A stretch of 64,000 nt of DNA, taken from positions 132,382 to 196,381 of the forward strand of contig CAZEEI010000002.1 of the NCBI GenBank assembly GCA_964511175.1, written 5' to 3'. The stretch's first letter is position 1; every line of letters begins with the position of its first letter. Origin of the DNA: an uncultured Pseudomonadales bacterium (lineage in GTDB: Bacteria > Patescibacteriota > Microgenomatia > UBA1400 > UBA1396). A program made the position numbers and the translations under genes. This document shows, in pieces, positions 39,177 through 49,004 of the stretch. Under the pieces are notes generated by a model. That model was given only the letters and a program-made list of their open reading frames with translations. It had not been told where the DNA came from and ran no database searches.

Positions 39177-40979
39177 TTACGGGAATTTTGTTAACAATAT
39201 TTGCCTAAAATGTTGTCTTAGACCCATAGCCAGCCAATTAGTTAACCATCCGCCAGAGACACTCTGGTTCAGCATTAATTCGAAACCGCGCTGAACAGAC
39301 TGTGCATCAGCTAAAATAGCAGTGTTTAAAAGTTTGTCTTGATACTCCAGAAGCAAATCGACTAAAGCTGGATGGCGCAGTCGATCTGATAGATAAAGCT
39401 CGATTAACTGCGGACGGCTGAGTAAACTCATTGATGTGTTGCTGGTGGTGATCTGCGGCTGATCGGCTGTTAAATCAACATTCCAGCTGAGCGGCGTCGT
39501 CTCGGACGAAATGAGATAGGAAATAACACTGACTTTGCCGGTAGCAGTGTAGGCTGCCAGCCAAATAGGCGAAAACGCTTGAGTGTCGGAAAAAATAAGC
39601 TCTACCTTTGCCGGTGGCTTAGCTAAATCGTAGAGAAAATAGGGTGTTTTAGTGGCTAAAGTTGTTTCCACTAGGCGTACAGGTGTTAATTGGTTGCCAG
39701 TCGTATCTTGAAAAACAACTTGCGTACTTAACGGTGTAATAACCGTAATCCCGCTTAAGTCAGTATGGCTGGGCACAAACAGCCGCGCCGAAGTAAAAGT
39801 ATTAGCATAGCTGTCTAAACGTAAGCGAGTATAAAAAGGATCATGAATATTAAAGTCAAGCCTACCTGGCCCAAAACCATAGGCGGTAATAAAATGTCCT
39901 GGCTCGGCCAGAATTACCGGTTGGTTATTTTGGATTTGTTGGCGTAGCCAAGCCAATTGGTTAGTGGGATTGGCGTAAGTCATTTCGAGAGTTGGCACTT
40001 CGGTATGACTTTGGGAAAATAAATAACTCAGACGACTGAGGGCACGCCAGTTAACGCTGCCATCTGGTAAATAGCCGTCTACTTCTTGTTGCAGCCAAAG
40101 GTTTAGAGAACCGGGATCAAGCGTGGTTTCGTCCGGTAAAGCGTCAATGCCGTAGTAACGCAACACCATTACCGCACTAACCAACGCACAACCCCAGTAT
40201 TTAATCAGTGGACTTTGTGGCGCCCACAGAGTGGCTGTATCGTAAATTTGACTGCGCCAGGGGTCATCGGTTTGTTTCAACAACAGCACTTCTAGATTTT
40301 TAGTTTGAGCCAATGATTCAACGCGAAAATCGTCAAAGCGCACATAAGAATGACTTACTGCACCCACACTTGCGGCTAAACCCGGCTTGCCCTGTTCCAA
40401 TTGAGGATCACTGGGTGATTCGAAAATATCTAGAACCAACTGGTCGTCCAGCCATAATTGGAGGTTTCGGGCTGATAAATCATATTCCCAAAATACGTTA
40501 TACCAGTGGTTCTCTTGGAAATTGAAAGCTCTGGTTCCATTTTGCCAGACATAACTTTGTCCCTTAATCATTTTTTCGGCCTGAATACCGGTTCCAAAAA
40601 GATGGATTCCCAAACGATTGGCACTATCTTGCCAACGAATTAGCAGATTACGATCCATATTACGATTAGATATAAACAACCGCAGGGAAACTCGTTGGAA
40701 GCGCTGATCGGCGACGGCGTTAGTAAGCGGCACAATTTCTGTAGCACAGGGAATACTACCATCGATGTTAATTTCCACTGCTCCGTTCACTACTTGCCAC
40801 TGTGGTCTGCCGCTGGGGGAAACACAGGTATAGTGAGGATCGTCCAAGGCGGCATTGCGCACTTCGGTCCACTGCCACTGGCTGGCAAAATCATCCGTCC
40901 ACAGGACTTCCGCCGCCCGTACCGGTCGAATTAAAATCAACACCAAAAGCAAGCCTATTAGGATGGCTCGATTTTTCAT
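39177..40979 (-). CDS. Secreted C39-like cysteine peptidase with N-terminal ConA/LamG-like domain
   Basis: Signal peptide (..PVRA), VRFDDFRV beta-sandwich end, KQTDDPW..GCALVSAVM (Cys), GHFI (His), IHDP (Asp). Confidence 0.75.
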   Translation of the reverse strand: MKNRAILIGLLLVLILIRPVRAAEVLWTDDFASQWQWTEVRNAALDDPHYTCVSPSGRPQWQVVNGAVEINIDGSIPCATEIVPLTNAVADQRFQRVSLRLFISNRNMDRNLLIRWQDSANRLGIHLFGTGIQAEKMIKGQSYVWQNGTRAFNFQENHWYNVFWEYDLSARNLQLWLDDQLVLDIFESPSDPQLEQGKPGLAASVGAVSHSYVRFDDFRVESLAQTKNLEVLLLKQTDDPWRSQIYDTATLWAPQSPLIKYWGCALVSAVMVLRYYGIDALPDETTLDPGSLNLWLQQEVDGYLPDGSVNWRALSRLSYLFSQSHTEVPTLEMTYANPTNQLAWLRQQIQNNQPVILAEPGHFITAYGFGPGRLDFNIHDPFYTRLRLDSYANTFTSARLFVPSHTDLSGITVITPLSTQVVFQDTTGNQLTPVRLVETTLATKTPYFLYDLAKPPAKVELIFSDTQAFSPIWLAAYTATGKVSVISYLISSETTPLSWNVDLTADQPQITTSNTSMSLLSRPQLIELYLSDRLRHPALVDLLLEYQDKLLNTAILADAQSVQRGFELMLNQSVSGGWLTNWLAMGLRQHFRQILLTKFP

Positions 40980-41038
40980 AATCTTAGTTTGCAATCTGTT
41001 TCTTACCTAAAACTGACCGAACATGCGATACTTGGCTT

Positions 41039-41962
41039 ATGTTTCAAGCAAAACAACCGATTAGTTTAGTGGTAACGGTGAAAAATGATGCGGCCGGACT
41101 GCAGCGTTTACTAGCGTCCCTGGTTGAACAGACGCGCTTGCCAGAAGAGGTAATTTTGGTTGTAGCGGACTCAACTGATCAAACTTTAGCGGTGGCACAA
41201 GCGTGGCAACCAGCCAATATAAAGGTGCGAGTCGCTGTTTTGCCGGAAGCAAATCGTTCCGTGGGGCGCAATTATGGAGTGAACTTGGCTCAGCACGATT
41301 TAATCGTTTTTACCGATGCCGGTTGTGTGCCGGAGTTAACCTGGTTGGCGGAATTAACTGCACCATTTAAAGATAGTAAGGTTAAATTAGTGAGCGGTTA
41401 TACCGCGGGTGAGGGGCAAAATTCCTGGAAAGAGGCACAAATACCGTTTGTGCTGGTGCCGCTGGTCAAGGTTGAGGATCATCCTTTGCCGGCAACTCGC
41501 AACATGGCGATCCGACGAACAGTTTTTACAGATATCGGTGGTTTTCGCGCCGATCTTAATTATGCGGAAGACTTTGAACTGGCACGTCGATTGCGCGCGG
41601 CCGGTATTCAGGCGATGTTTATACCGGAAGCAGTGGTCCACTGGCGGCCGCGCGCCACGATCGGTGGTTTTTTCCGAATGATTATTCATTTAACAGCCGG
41701 GGATATCACGGCAGGAATTATTCGGCCAGGTTTATTAACAATGTGGCTTCGCTATTTGGTTTTTTCGGCAATCTTGCTTTGCCAACCAATCGTGGGGTTA
41801 ATTCTTTACTTAGCCTATTTGATTTTTAAAACCGCGCAGCAAAAGTTTTCGTATAAAAAAACTTATTTAGTAGCCATGGGTCTTCAAATAATTGGCGATT
41901 TAGCAGTGTTGGTTGGTTCACTGATCGGAGTCGGAGTAAAAATACAGAAAATTCGAACGTGA
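41039..41962 (+). CDS. GT2 glycosyltransferase
   Basis: ISLVVTVKND, FTDAGC, GGF..AED; C-terminal TMs. Confidence 0.88.
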   Translation: MFQAKQPISLVVTVKNDAAGLQRLLASLVEQTRLPEEVILVVADSTDQTLAVAQAWQPANIKVRVAVLPEANRSVGRNYGVNLAQHDLIVFTDAGCVPELTWLAELTAPFKDSKVKLVSGYTAGEGQNSWKEAQIPFVLVPLVKVEDHPLPATRNMAIRRTVFTDIGGFRADLNYAEDFELARRLRAAGIQAMFIPEAVVHWRPRATIGGFFRMIIHLTAGDITAGIIRPGLLTMWLRYLVFSAILLCQPIVGLILYLAYLIFKTAQQKFSYKKTYLVAMGLQIIGDLAVLVGSLIGVGVKIQKIRT

Positions 41963-42089
41963 TTGTTGACGCGATTTATCGAAATGGCCAAAACCGACAG
42001 TTGTACAACTATTGGTTTTACGGTTTTTGATCTATTTACCTCGCTAACCGTCTTGCGTCCCACAGCCTTTCAGGGGAAAATAGGAACCA

Positions 42090-43349
42090 ATGTTGAAAAA
42101 AATATTTAATCGTGTCCAGCGTTCACCGGCTTTGCGCGGTATTTCTAGTTTTGCCTCTTTGCGTTTTGCGACCAAATTTATGACCTTAATCCGCCTGGCT
42201 TTCATCGCTCATTTCATTGGTCCCGCTGAATTAGGGGCTTACCAATTGTCACTTTTAGCTATCGCTATCAGCGAAGTTTTTACCGAAACGGGTATTAATG
42301 TTATGTTACTCAAACACCCCCAAAAATTAAGCCAATACCTGGATACAGCTTGGGTAGTGTCAATTATCCGCGGCGCACTCATTACCGCTGGTATTGTTAT
42401 TTCCACCCCTTATCTGGCTGACTTCTACGGCGGTGCGCATACCGCCACTTTTCTTTACGTGGCTGCTTTCATTCCTTTTTTCCGCGGCTTTATTAATCCG
42501 GCGGTAATCACTTTTCAGCAAAAACTACAATTTGGTCGAGAATCAGGTTTTCGCCTAGGATTACAATTACTCGATATCATCACCGGCGCCTGGTTGGCTT
42601 GGTACTTGCAAAGCGCGGTTGGCTTAATTATTGGTTTACTAATTGGTGTTCTGGGTGAGGTAGTGTTTTCCTTCCTGCTATTTGATACCGTGCCACGGCC
42701 GTTACAAGCCAAATGGTCACTAGTTGTTAAGCTATACCAAGAAACCAAGTTTATTATTGGCAATGGCATTCTGCATTACTTAACCGAAAATTTGGATGAT
42801 TTGGTTATTGGTAAAGTTTTTGGTACGGCTGGTTTAGGACTGTATAACGCCGCTTATAGTTTGGCCAGTTCGGTAACGAACGATTTTGGCTCGATTGCCG
42901 GGCAAACTTTATACCCGATTTACGCCCAGCTGCATGCTCAAAAAAAAGTGGTTAGGCCTTTGTTGATCAAATCTTCGGTTTGGTCCCTGGCCTTTTTAAT
43001 TTTAGTGGCTGTTCCTTTACTGGGTTTTACCCAACCCCTGATTCAGCTTTTGTTGGGAGAGCAGTGGCTGGCAACCGTGCCACTGATTCGTTTACTTTTT
43101 TTGGCCGGGGTGGTTAAGAGTTTTGTTACTAGTTGGAACCCAGTAGCGATTCTGGCTGATTTGCTCTACCACCACGTGATTATTAACGTCATTACGATCG
43201 TCATTATGGTTGGTGGAATTATTTATTTAGCCCAACCCCTAGGCTTAAACGGCGCCGGCTGGGCGGTATTATTGGCAGTGGCCGTAGTGCAACCTTACGC
43301 CTGGTGGGTAACTTATCAAGCCGTGCAGAGGTTAGACCATGGCCGTTGA
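42090..43349 (+). CDS. WzxC-like flippase
   Basis: IGPAELG, ENLDDLVIGKVFGTAGLGLYN, LLGEQW; ~12 TM. Confidence 0.88.
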   Translation: MLKKIFNRVQRSPALRGISSFASLRFATKFMTLIRLAFIAHFIGPAELGAYQLSLLAIAISEVFTETGINVMLLKHPQKLSQYLDTAWVVSIIRGALITAGIVISTPYLADFYGGAHTATFLYVAAFIPFFRGFINPAVITFQQKLQFGRESGFRLGLQLLDIITGAWLAWYLQSAVGLIIGLLIGVLGEVVFSFLLFDTVPRPLQAKWSLVVKLYQETKFIIGNGILHYLTENLDDLVIGKVFGTAGLGLYNAAYSLASSVTNDFGSIAGQTLYPIYAQLHAQKKVVRPLLIKSSVWSLAFLILVAVPLLGFTQPLIQLLLGEQWLATVPLIRLLFLAGVVKSFVTSWNPVAILADLLYHHVIINVITIVIMVGGIIYLAQPLGLNGAGWAVLLAVAVVQPYAWWVTYQAVQRLDHGR

Positions 43350-44094
43350 AACTTCGGTCATTATCGTTAATTACCGGGCCGATGTTTACGTCAAGCGCTT
43401 ACAAAACACTTTGCGTGATTTGCCCAACAGCGAAGTCATCGTGATCGACCACAGCGACGGTCGGCGGGGTTATGGTGCCGGTTGTAACCAAGGTGCGCGG
43501 CAAGCTCGGGGCAAATATTTGGTGTGTTTGAACGCGGACGTCATGATTAAACCCGCTGATATTGACCGCTTGGTTAAAGTACTTCAGGATCAGCCCGCAA
43601 TTGGGCTGGTGGGGCCGCAGATTCGTAATGCAAGCGGGGAAGTACAAATTTCCTGTTCGGCAATACCAACGCCTTTTTTAGCTTTAATCGAATATTCCTG
43701 GTTGCGCAATGTGCCAGGACTGCGCCATTTTTCTCAAGCTTATCGGTTAAACGGTTTTGATCACCGCACTTCCCGAGTGGTGCCGGCCATCGGCGGCAGT
43801 TGTTTAGTGATGCGCCGCCGCGACTGGCAGGCCATTGACGGTTTTGATGAGAAGTTATTTTTGTATTTTGAAGAATTCGATCTGGCCAAACGTCTACACG
43901 ATCAGCTGAATTTAGCCACTTATTTTTGTGCGGAAGCTGTCCTAACTCATTTTGGCCAGGTTTCCACCAAACAAACCGCCCAAGCGCGACAGCACTTTCA
44001 ACGCTCGCGGCATTATTGGTTAGGCAAGGCTTATGGTTGGCGCGGTCGATTGACCGCTTTTTTACTCAAACTGATGGAGAAATATCATGGCTGA
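43339..44094 (+). CDS. GT2 glycosyltransferase (WbbL-like)
   Basis: SVIIVNY, GYGAGCN, LNAD, GFDEKLFLYFEEFDL. Confidence 0.9.
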   Translation: MAVETSVIIVNYRADVYVKRLQNTLRDLPNSEVIVIDHSDGRRGYGAGCNQGARQARGKYLVCLNADVMIKPADIDRLVKVLQDQPAIGLVGPQIRNASGEVQISCSAIPTPFLALIEYSWLRNVPGLRHFSQAYRLNGFDHRTSRVVPAIGGSCLVMRRRDWQAIDGFDEKLFLYFEEFDLAKRLHDQLNLATYFCAEAVLTHFGQVSTKQTAQARQHFQRSRHYWLGKAYGWRGRLTAFLLKLMEKYHG

Positions 44095-44857
44095 ATCTAC
44101 ACTAACCACGGTAATTTTGGTACATAACCAAGCCGAACAAGTGGCTGATTTATTGGCTACTGTCAGTCGGCAAAGCGACCAAATTATTTTGCTCGACGAT
44201 AATTCGACTGATAATCTAACGGCATTGGCCGAACAATATGGCGCACAGATCAAACGGCATAAATTAGGGAATAATTTTGCTGCCCACCGTAACTGGGTAT
44301 TGACCCAAATTACCACCGATTGGACCTTATTCTTAGACGCAGATGAGCAATGTTCACCAGCTTTATGGTCCCAAATTAAGCAGGCTATCGCCTCAAATCA
44401 AGTCGATGCCATTTGGCTGCGACGGCAAGACTGGTTTTTGGGACAAAAGTTGCGTCATGGGGAAGTGGGTCAAATTACACTCCTACGCTGTGCCAGAACA
44501 AAGTTGGGAAAGGGCAAGTGGCAACGACCAATACACGAGACGTGGGTCGTGCCAACCCATCGGTCAGTTATTTTACCTACACCGCTGGAACATCGACCTC
44601 ACCCCACATTAACCAGTTTTTTAAATAAATTACACTGGTATGCCAGCTTGGAGCCGGTTTCTCGACCTCGTTATTCTTTAGTTCGTTTCATTGGCGAGAT
44701 GTTGATTTTTCCACTGGCCAAGTTTAGCCAAAATTATTTTTGGCGTCTAGGCTGGCTGGATGGCTGGCCAGGATTGGTACACGCCAGTTTAATGTCGTAT
44801 TATTCCCTCATCACGCGGGTCTTTATTTATGAAGCGCAGTACACTCACCATTCCTGA
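44087..44857 (+). CDS. GT2 glycosyltransferase (WaaE/KdtX-like)
   Basis: DDNSTD, NFAAHRN, FLDADE, PIHE, GWLDGWPG. Confidence 0.88.
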   Translation: MAESTLTTVILVHNQAEQVADLLATVSRQSDQIILLDDNSTDNLTALAEQYGAQIKRHKLGNNFAAHRNWVLTQITTDWTLFLDADEQCSPALWSQIKQAIASNQVDAIWLRRQDWFLGQKLRHGEVGQITLLRCARTKLGKGKWQRPIHETWVVPTHRSVILPTPLEHRPHPTLTSFLNKLHWYASLEPVSRPRYSLVRFIGEMLIFPLAKFSQNYFWRLGWLDGWPGLVHASLMSYYSLITRVFIYEAQYTHHS

Positions 44858-46064
44858 AACACTTCTGGTTGTAATATTGAGTCTAGCCACTCTGGGTCAA
44901 TTTGAGCGTTGGTTAACGCCGTTGGGTCAAGTTAGCTGGCATGAAATAGGAATGGGTATTTTTATCATCTATGTGGCTAACCTTACACACCATCGGTTCC
45001 GATTGGTATTTAACCAATGGTTATTTTTTTTCACCACTACCTTTTTACTCTGGACTCTTTTTACCACCATCCTCAATGCTTATTGGTTGGGCTCGCCGCT
45101 ATTATTAAAAATCGGTGGTGCTTACTTAGCACGCCTAACTTTGTATCTATTGTTCGGTGCTAGCGTTTGGCTGGCAACGCGGATTGGTTTAATACGTCGC
45201 CGAAGGCTACAGTTAATGGTGCTCATGTGGTTTTTGGTAATGGTGGGGCTGGGTATCGGTCAATATTTATTCTTTCCTGACGCACGCCTTTTGGTCGAGT
45301 TGGGTTGGGATGACCATTTGAACCGCGCTTTTGGTACCTTGCTAGACCCTGGCTTTTTCGGCTTATTGATGGCGATGGGGAGTATTTGGTCCTTAACTAC
45401 TTGGTCGATTGAAAACAAACAGCAAGCTCAAACCTGGTGGCGGCCCGTGGTGTTTGGTGTTTTATTGTTGGCGCTTACTCTTTCTTTTTCGCGTGCTAGT
45501 TATTTAGCTTTTATAGTTGGGATACTGTTTTTGGCTTGGGTTAGGCGGTCGCGGCGAACGCTCTTATTTATTCCTTTGCTGGTCATGGCTTTAGTACTAG
45601 TACCCAAAGATGGCGGCGGTGAAGGCCAAAAGTTAACCCGTACCAACAGCGTTGCGGCACGGGTCGAGGTAGCGGAATTTCATACCAAAGGTTTAACTCT
45701 AACCGAGATGCTGATCGGTCGAGGTTGGTATTACGAGAGTGTACGTCAATTACACGTGACTGGAATAAAATCGGCAACAAATGATCAAATAAAAGCAAGC
45801 GATTTACCTCAACATGCCCAGGCGGTTGATAATTCTTACCTACATATTTTTCTTTCGACCGGCATCGTTGGCCTGATTCTTTTTGGTGTGGCAGTAATTA
45901 CCTATCTTAAGGGCTTAAGTTTCCGACCAGTTTTGGCAGTTATTGCCGTGTTGTTGACACATAGTGTTTTTAGTACCGGGTTGTTTTATCCCTGGGCGTT
46001 GTTGATCTTAGGACTGATAGAATCATTATCGGCACCATGCTGGGATAAAAATAATGAAAATTAG
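44829..46064 (+). CDS. O-antigen ligase (WaaL/Wzy_C)-like membrane protein
   Basis: RAFGTLLDP, SFSRASYL, IGRGW, VDNSYL..TGIVG; ~12 TM. Confidence 0.8.
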   Translation: MKRSTLTIPETLLVVILSLATLGQFERWLTPLGQVSWHEIGMGIFIIYVANLTHHRFRLVFNQWLFFFTTTFLLWTLFTTILNAYWLGSPLLLKIGGAYLARLTLYLLFGASVWLATRIGLIRRRRLQLMVLMWFLVMVGLGIGQYLFFPDARLLVELGWDDHLNRAFGTLLDPGFFGLLMAMGSIWSLTTWSIENKQQAQTWWRPVVFGVLLLALTLSFSRASYLAFIVGILFLAWVRRSRRTLLFIPLLVMALVLVPKDGGGEGQKLTRTNSVAARVEVAEFHTKGLTLTEMLIGRGWYYESVRQLHVTGIKSATNDQIKASDLPQHAQAVDNSYLHIFLSTGIVGLILFGVAVITYLKGLSFRPVLAVIAVLLTHSVFSTGLFYPWALLILGLIESLSAPCWDKNNEN

Positions 46065-46100
46065 TTAAATAAAATAACAACATTCTGTTAGGATGTAGCT

Positions 46101-46889
46101 GTGGACTACTCCCGACCTCATGATGATGAAACAACCAAGCAAGCGGCGGCGATGGCTCAGGAGTTAGCTGAGAGTGCTATTCGCTCACTGGAGAGGATGA
46201 GAGCTAGTTGTCTGTTTCAGTTACAGCAAGCAAGATTAAAGATAACGGACAATTCCATACCAGTTGGTACGGTGAACCATGTTTGCATAGAACAATTGGC
46301 TAAAGAAACTCAAGCTAAAACGATCCGCGACTTGGAGCAGCAAATTGATTACCTTGATCGAAAACGCCAGTTAATTCGTCCACCCCGATCGGATCAGGCA
46401 CAATACCGACACAAACTAATAAGGGAATTTCCAGTATTGGTCAAAAATATCCAACACAATCAACCCCGCCTACGTTTTCACGGAGCAGATATTGTCAATA
46501 CAGAGAGAATTATTAATTCTCGAAAGATCACTTCTGCCGAGGAAAGAGGCCTAAGTAGGGCGAGCTTCGATACAATGGGACAAATTTCGGTGACGACCAT
46601 TGCTAATGTTATTTCTAGCCTCAAGGATTACATCGGCATCAAGGAAGCGGCTCTACCGCTGGGGTGTCTTTTTGTTTTACTGCCTAAAGACGAGACTGAT
46701 GCTCAATCGGGGAGGTCAAATTTAATGGCTAGTGTTCAACTAGTGCTTCCTGACGGCAGTACGTCGCCCCAACTAGTGCGAATTCTAACTTCAGCCGAAA
46801 TGTTACCTACTATCCGCCGCCTACTAACAAAACAGGGTATAAATAGCAATTTGGCCACGGAATACTTTGCTTATTTGCAAGAGAAATAA
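46101..46889 (+). CDS. Hypothetical protein, possible ADP-ribosyltransferase-like C-terminal domain
   Basis: Helical N half; RFHGA..ERIINSRKITS..GQISVT; TGtTAGGAT 6 nt before GTG. Confidence 0.55.
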   Translation: MDYSRPHDDETTKQAAAMAQELAESAIRSLERMRASCLFQLQQARLKITDNSIPVGTVNHVCIEQLAKETQAKTIRDLEQQIDYLDRKRQLIRPPRSDQAQYRHKLIREFPVLVKNIQHNQPRLRFHGADIVNTERIINSRKITSAEERGLSRASFDTMGQISVTTIANVISSLKDYIGIKEAALPLGCLFVLLPKDETDAQSGRSNLMASVQLVLPDGSTSPQLVRILTSAEMLPTIRRLLTKQGINSNLATEYFAYLQEK

Positions 46890-46916
46890 GATTTTTTTCA
46901 GTTGTTGTTGAGATTA

Positions 46917-47114
46917 TTAATCCTGTTTTTCGATTTTCTTTAGCCTAACCATATTATCAATCGCTTGAGGATTTACGCGCCAGGATTGACCGCCCGCTGA
47001 TTCGATCGAGACCCGAGCTGTCCTATCATCCTGAATTTCAACCAGCAAATACTGGCCTTTTTCGAGACTGAAACTTCCCCACTGAAAATAATCAACAACG
47101 CGATAACGATTCAT
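46917..47114 (-). CDS. Small beta-rich (SH3-like?) protein, 65 aa
   Basis: YRVVDYF..FSLEKGQYLLV..WRVNP; starts 2 nt after the tRNA-Lys CCA. Confidence 0.55.
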   Translation of the reverse strand: MNRYRVVDYFQWGSFSLEKGQYLLVEIQDDRTARVSIESAGGQSWRVNPQAIDNMVRLKKIEKQD

Positions 47115-47116
47115 GT

Positions 47117-47193
47117 TGGTGGGTCAGGCGGGACTCGAACCCGCGACACCTTGCTTAAAAGGCAAGTGCTCTAACCGACTGAGCTACTGACCC
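47117..47193 (-). tRNA. tRNA-Lys (TTT), CCA encoded
   Basis: GGGTCAG/CTGACCC-A-CCA, CTTGC-CT TTT AA-GCAAG, GGTTCGAGTCC. Confidence 0.97.
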
Positions 47194-47272
47194 ATACAGA
47201 CAACGGTCTATTTTATCATAGCAAACTGACTGATTATTGGGATTTTTTTGGGTTTAGCCTACAATAGGGGGC

Positions 47273-48466
47273 GTGTCCGATTTTTCCATAAACTCACCTC
47301 TGGCTCATTTACTGCGACCCATCACTCTGGATGCCATGGTTGGTCAGGCGCACCTGATTGGTCCTGGTAAACCACTACGCGAATTAGTTGAGCAAAATAA
47401 AATCTACTCACTGATTTTTTGGGGTCCACCAGGTGTGGGCAAAACTACTCTAGCGCGAATCTTGGCTAAAGCGAGCGGCCGCCGACTCTACGAATTATCG
47501 GCTGTTTCGGCTAGCAAAAGTGATGTACGTACTATTGTGGATGAAGCCCGGCGTCCGCAAAAACAACTAACCGATAAACCCTTAGCGCCCGTCTTGTTTC
47601 TCGACGAAATTCACCGTTTCAACAAAGCCCAGCAAGATTTTCTCCTACCAGCAGTCGAAGATGGCACCATTGTCTTAATCGGCGCCACTACTGAAAACCC
47701 ATCTTTTGAAGTAATTTCTCCCTTATTGTCCCGCTTGCGCGTATTTGTGTTAGAGGAACTGTCGCTGGATGATCTCCGTTCTTTGGCGCTCCAGGCGGCT
47801 AAATCACTGAAAACTAAACTCAGCAAAACTACTATCGATCAGGCGATTGCCCAGGCAAATGGCGACGCGCGGCAACTAATCACTCTTTTAGATCACTGTT
47901 GGCAAACTTATGGTTCAATTACCACTGAAAAGTTAAAAGTGGTAGGTAAGACTTTTTTGCGCCACGATAAACACGCTGAAGAGCACTATAACCTGATCAG
48001 CGCTTTCATCAAGAGTATGCGCGCTAGCCAGCCAAACGCCGCTTTGTATTATTTAGCCCGGATGGTTGAAGCCGGTGAAGATCCTAAATTTATTGCTCGT
48101 CGTATGGTTATTTTTGCCTCCGAAGATATTGGTCTTGCTCAACCCACGGCACTGGTGGTAGCCAATGAAGTTTTCCGTGCGGTGGAGACGATTGGTTTGC
48201 CGGAGTGCGCCATTAATTTGGCTCACGGTACTGCTTATTTGGCCCAAGCCAAAAAAGATCGTCGCGCTTACAATGCTTATTTTGCCGCCGTAACCGACGT
48301 GCGTCGCTTAGGTAATTTACCGGTGCCTAAAATTATTCGTAATGCGGTGACCAAGCTAATGACGGAATTGGGTTATGGTGAAGGTTATGAAAAGTATTCG
48401 GACGAGAGCTATTTACCAGATAAATTACGTCACAAACACTATCTTGATCCGCCCACTACCGGCTGA
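47273..48466 (+). CDS. rarA: Replication-associated recombination protein A (MgsA)
   Basis: [46 protein letters not shown]. Confidence 0.95.
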   Translation: MSDFSINSPLAHLLRPITLDAMVGQAHLIGPGKPLRELVEQNKIYSLIFWGPPGVGKTTLARILAKASGRRLYELSAVSASKSDVRTIVDEARRPQKQLTDKPLAPVLFLDEIHRFNKAQQDFLLPAVEDGTIVLIGATTENPSFEVISPLLSRLRVFVLEELSLDDLRSLALQAAKSLKTKLSKTTIDQAIAQANGDARQLITLLDHCWQTYGSITTEKLKVVGKTFLRHDKHAEEHYNLISAFIKSMRASQPNAALYYLARMVEAGEDPKFIARRMVIFASEDIGLAQPTALVVANEVFRAVETIGLPECAINLAHGTAYLAQAKKDRRAYNAYFAAVTDVRRLGNLPVPKIIRNAVTKLMTELGYGEGYEKYSDESYLPDKLRHKHYLDPPTTG

Positions 48467-48480
48467 TACGATTACTACCT

Positions 48481-48978
48481 ATGTCCCAATTCCGTTCTTG
48501 GCCTATTTTACTAATTTTATTAAGTGGGTTGGTTTTAACCGCCTGTTCGATTAAGCCTACTAACGAAGCTAATGTTAATCTCGAAAATATTAAAATCGAA
48601 TCCGTCACTACTGGCACCGAACTGGCGGCCAGTGAAAGCGGTATTGTGGAAGGAGTAGGTATGGATGTAACCGAACTAGCGACTGGCACCGGTGCAGAGG
48701 CTAAAAAAGGCAGCCAAGTGACCGTGCATTATGTGGGTACTTTAGCGGACGGTACCCAGTTTGATAGCTCACGTGATCGCAACCAACCCTTTACTTTTAC
48801 TTTGGGCGCAGGTCAGGTGATTACCGGTTGGGATCAGGGAGTAGCTGGCATGAAAGTAGGTGGCCGACGAAAGTTAATTATTCCTCCGGAACTAGCTTAT
48901 GGCGAAGCCGGTGTTTCTGGCGCCATTCCACCCAATGCAACTCTGACTTTTGAAGTCGAATTACTTAGTGTTAAATAA
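48481..48978 (+). CDS. FKBP-type peptidyl-prolyl isomerase, lipoprotein
   Basis: Lipobox LTAC; [43 protein letters not shown]. Confidence 0.95.
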   Translation: MSQFRSWPILLILLSGLVLTACSIKPTNEANVNLENIKIESVTTGTELAASESGIVEGVGMDVTELATGTGAEAKKGSQVTVHYVGTLADGTQFDSSRDRNQPFTFTLGAGQVITGWDQGVAGMKVGGRRKLIIPPELAYGEAGVSGAIPPNATLTFEVELLSVK

Positions 48979-49004
48979 CCGACTAATACGCTAGAGTAGG
49001 AACT

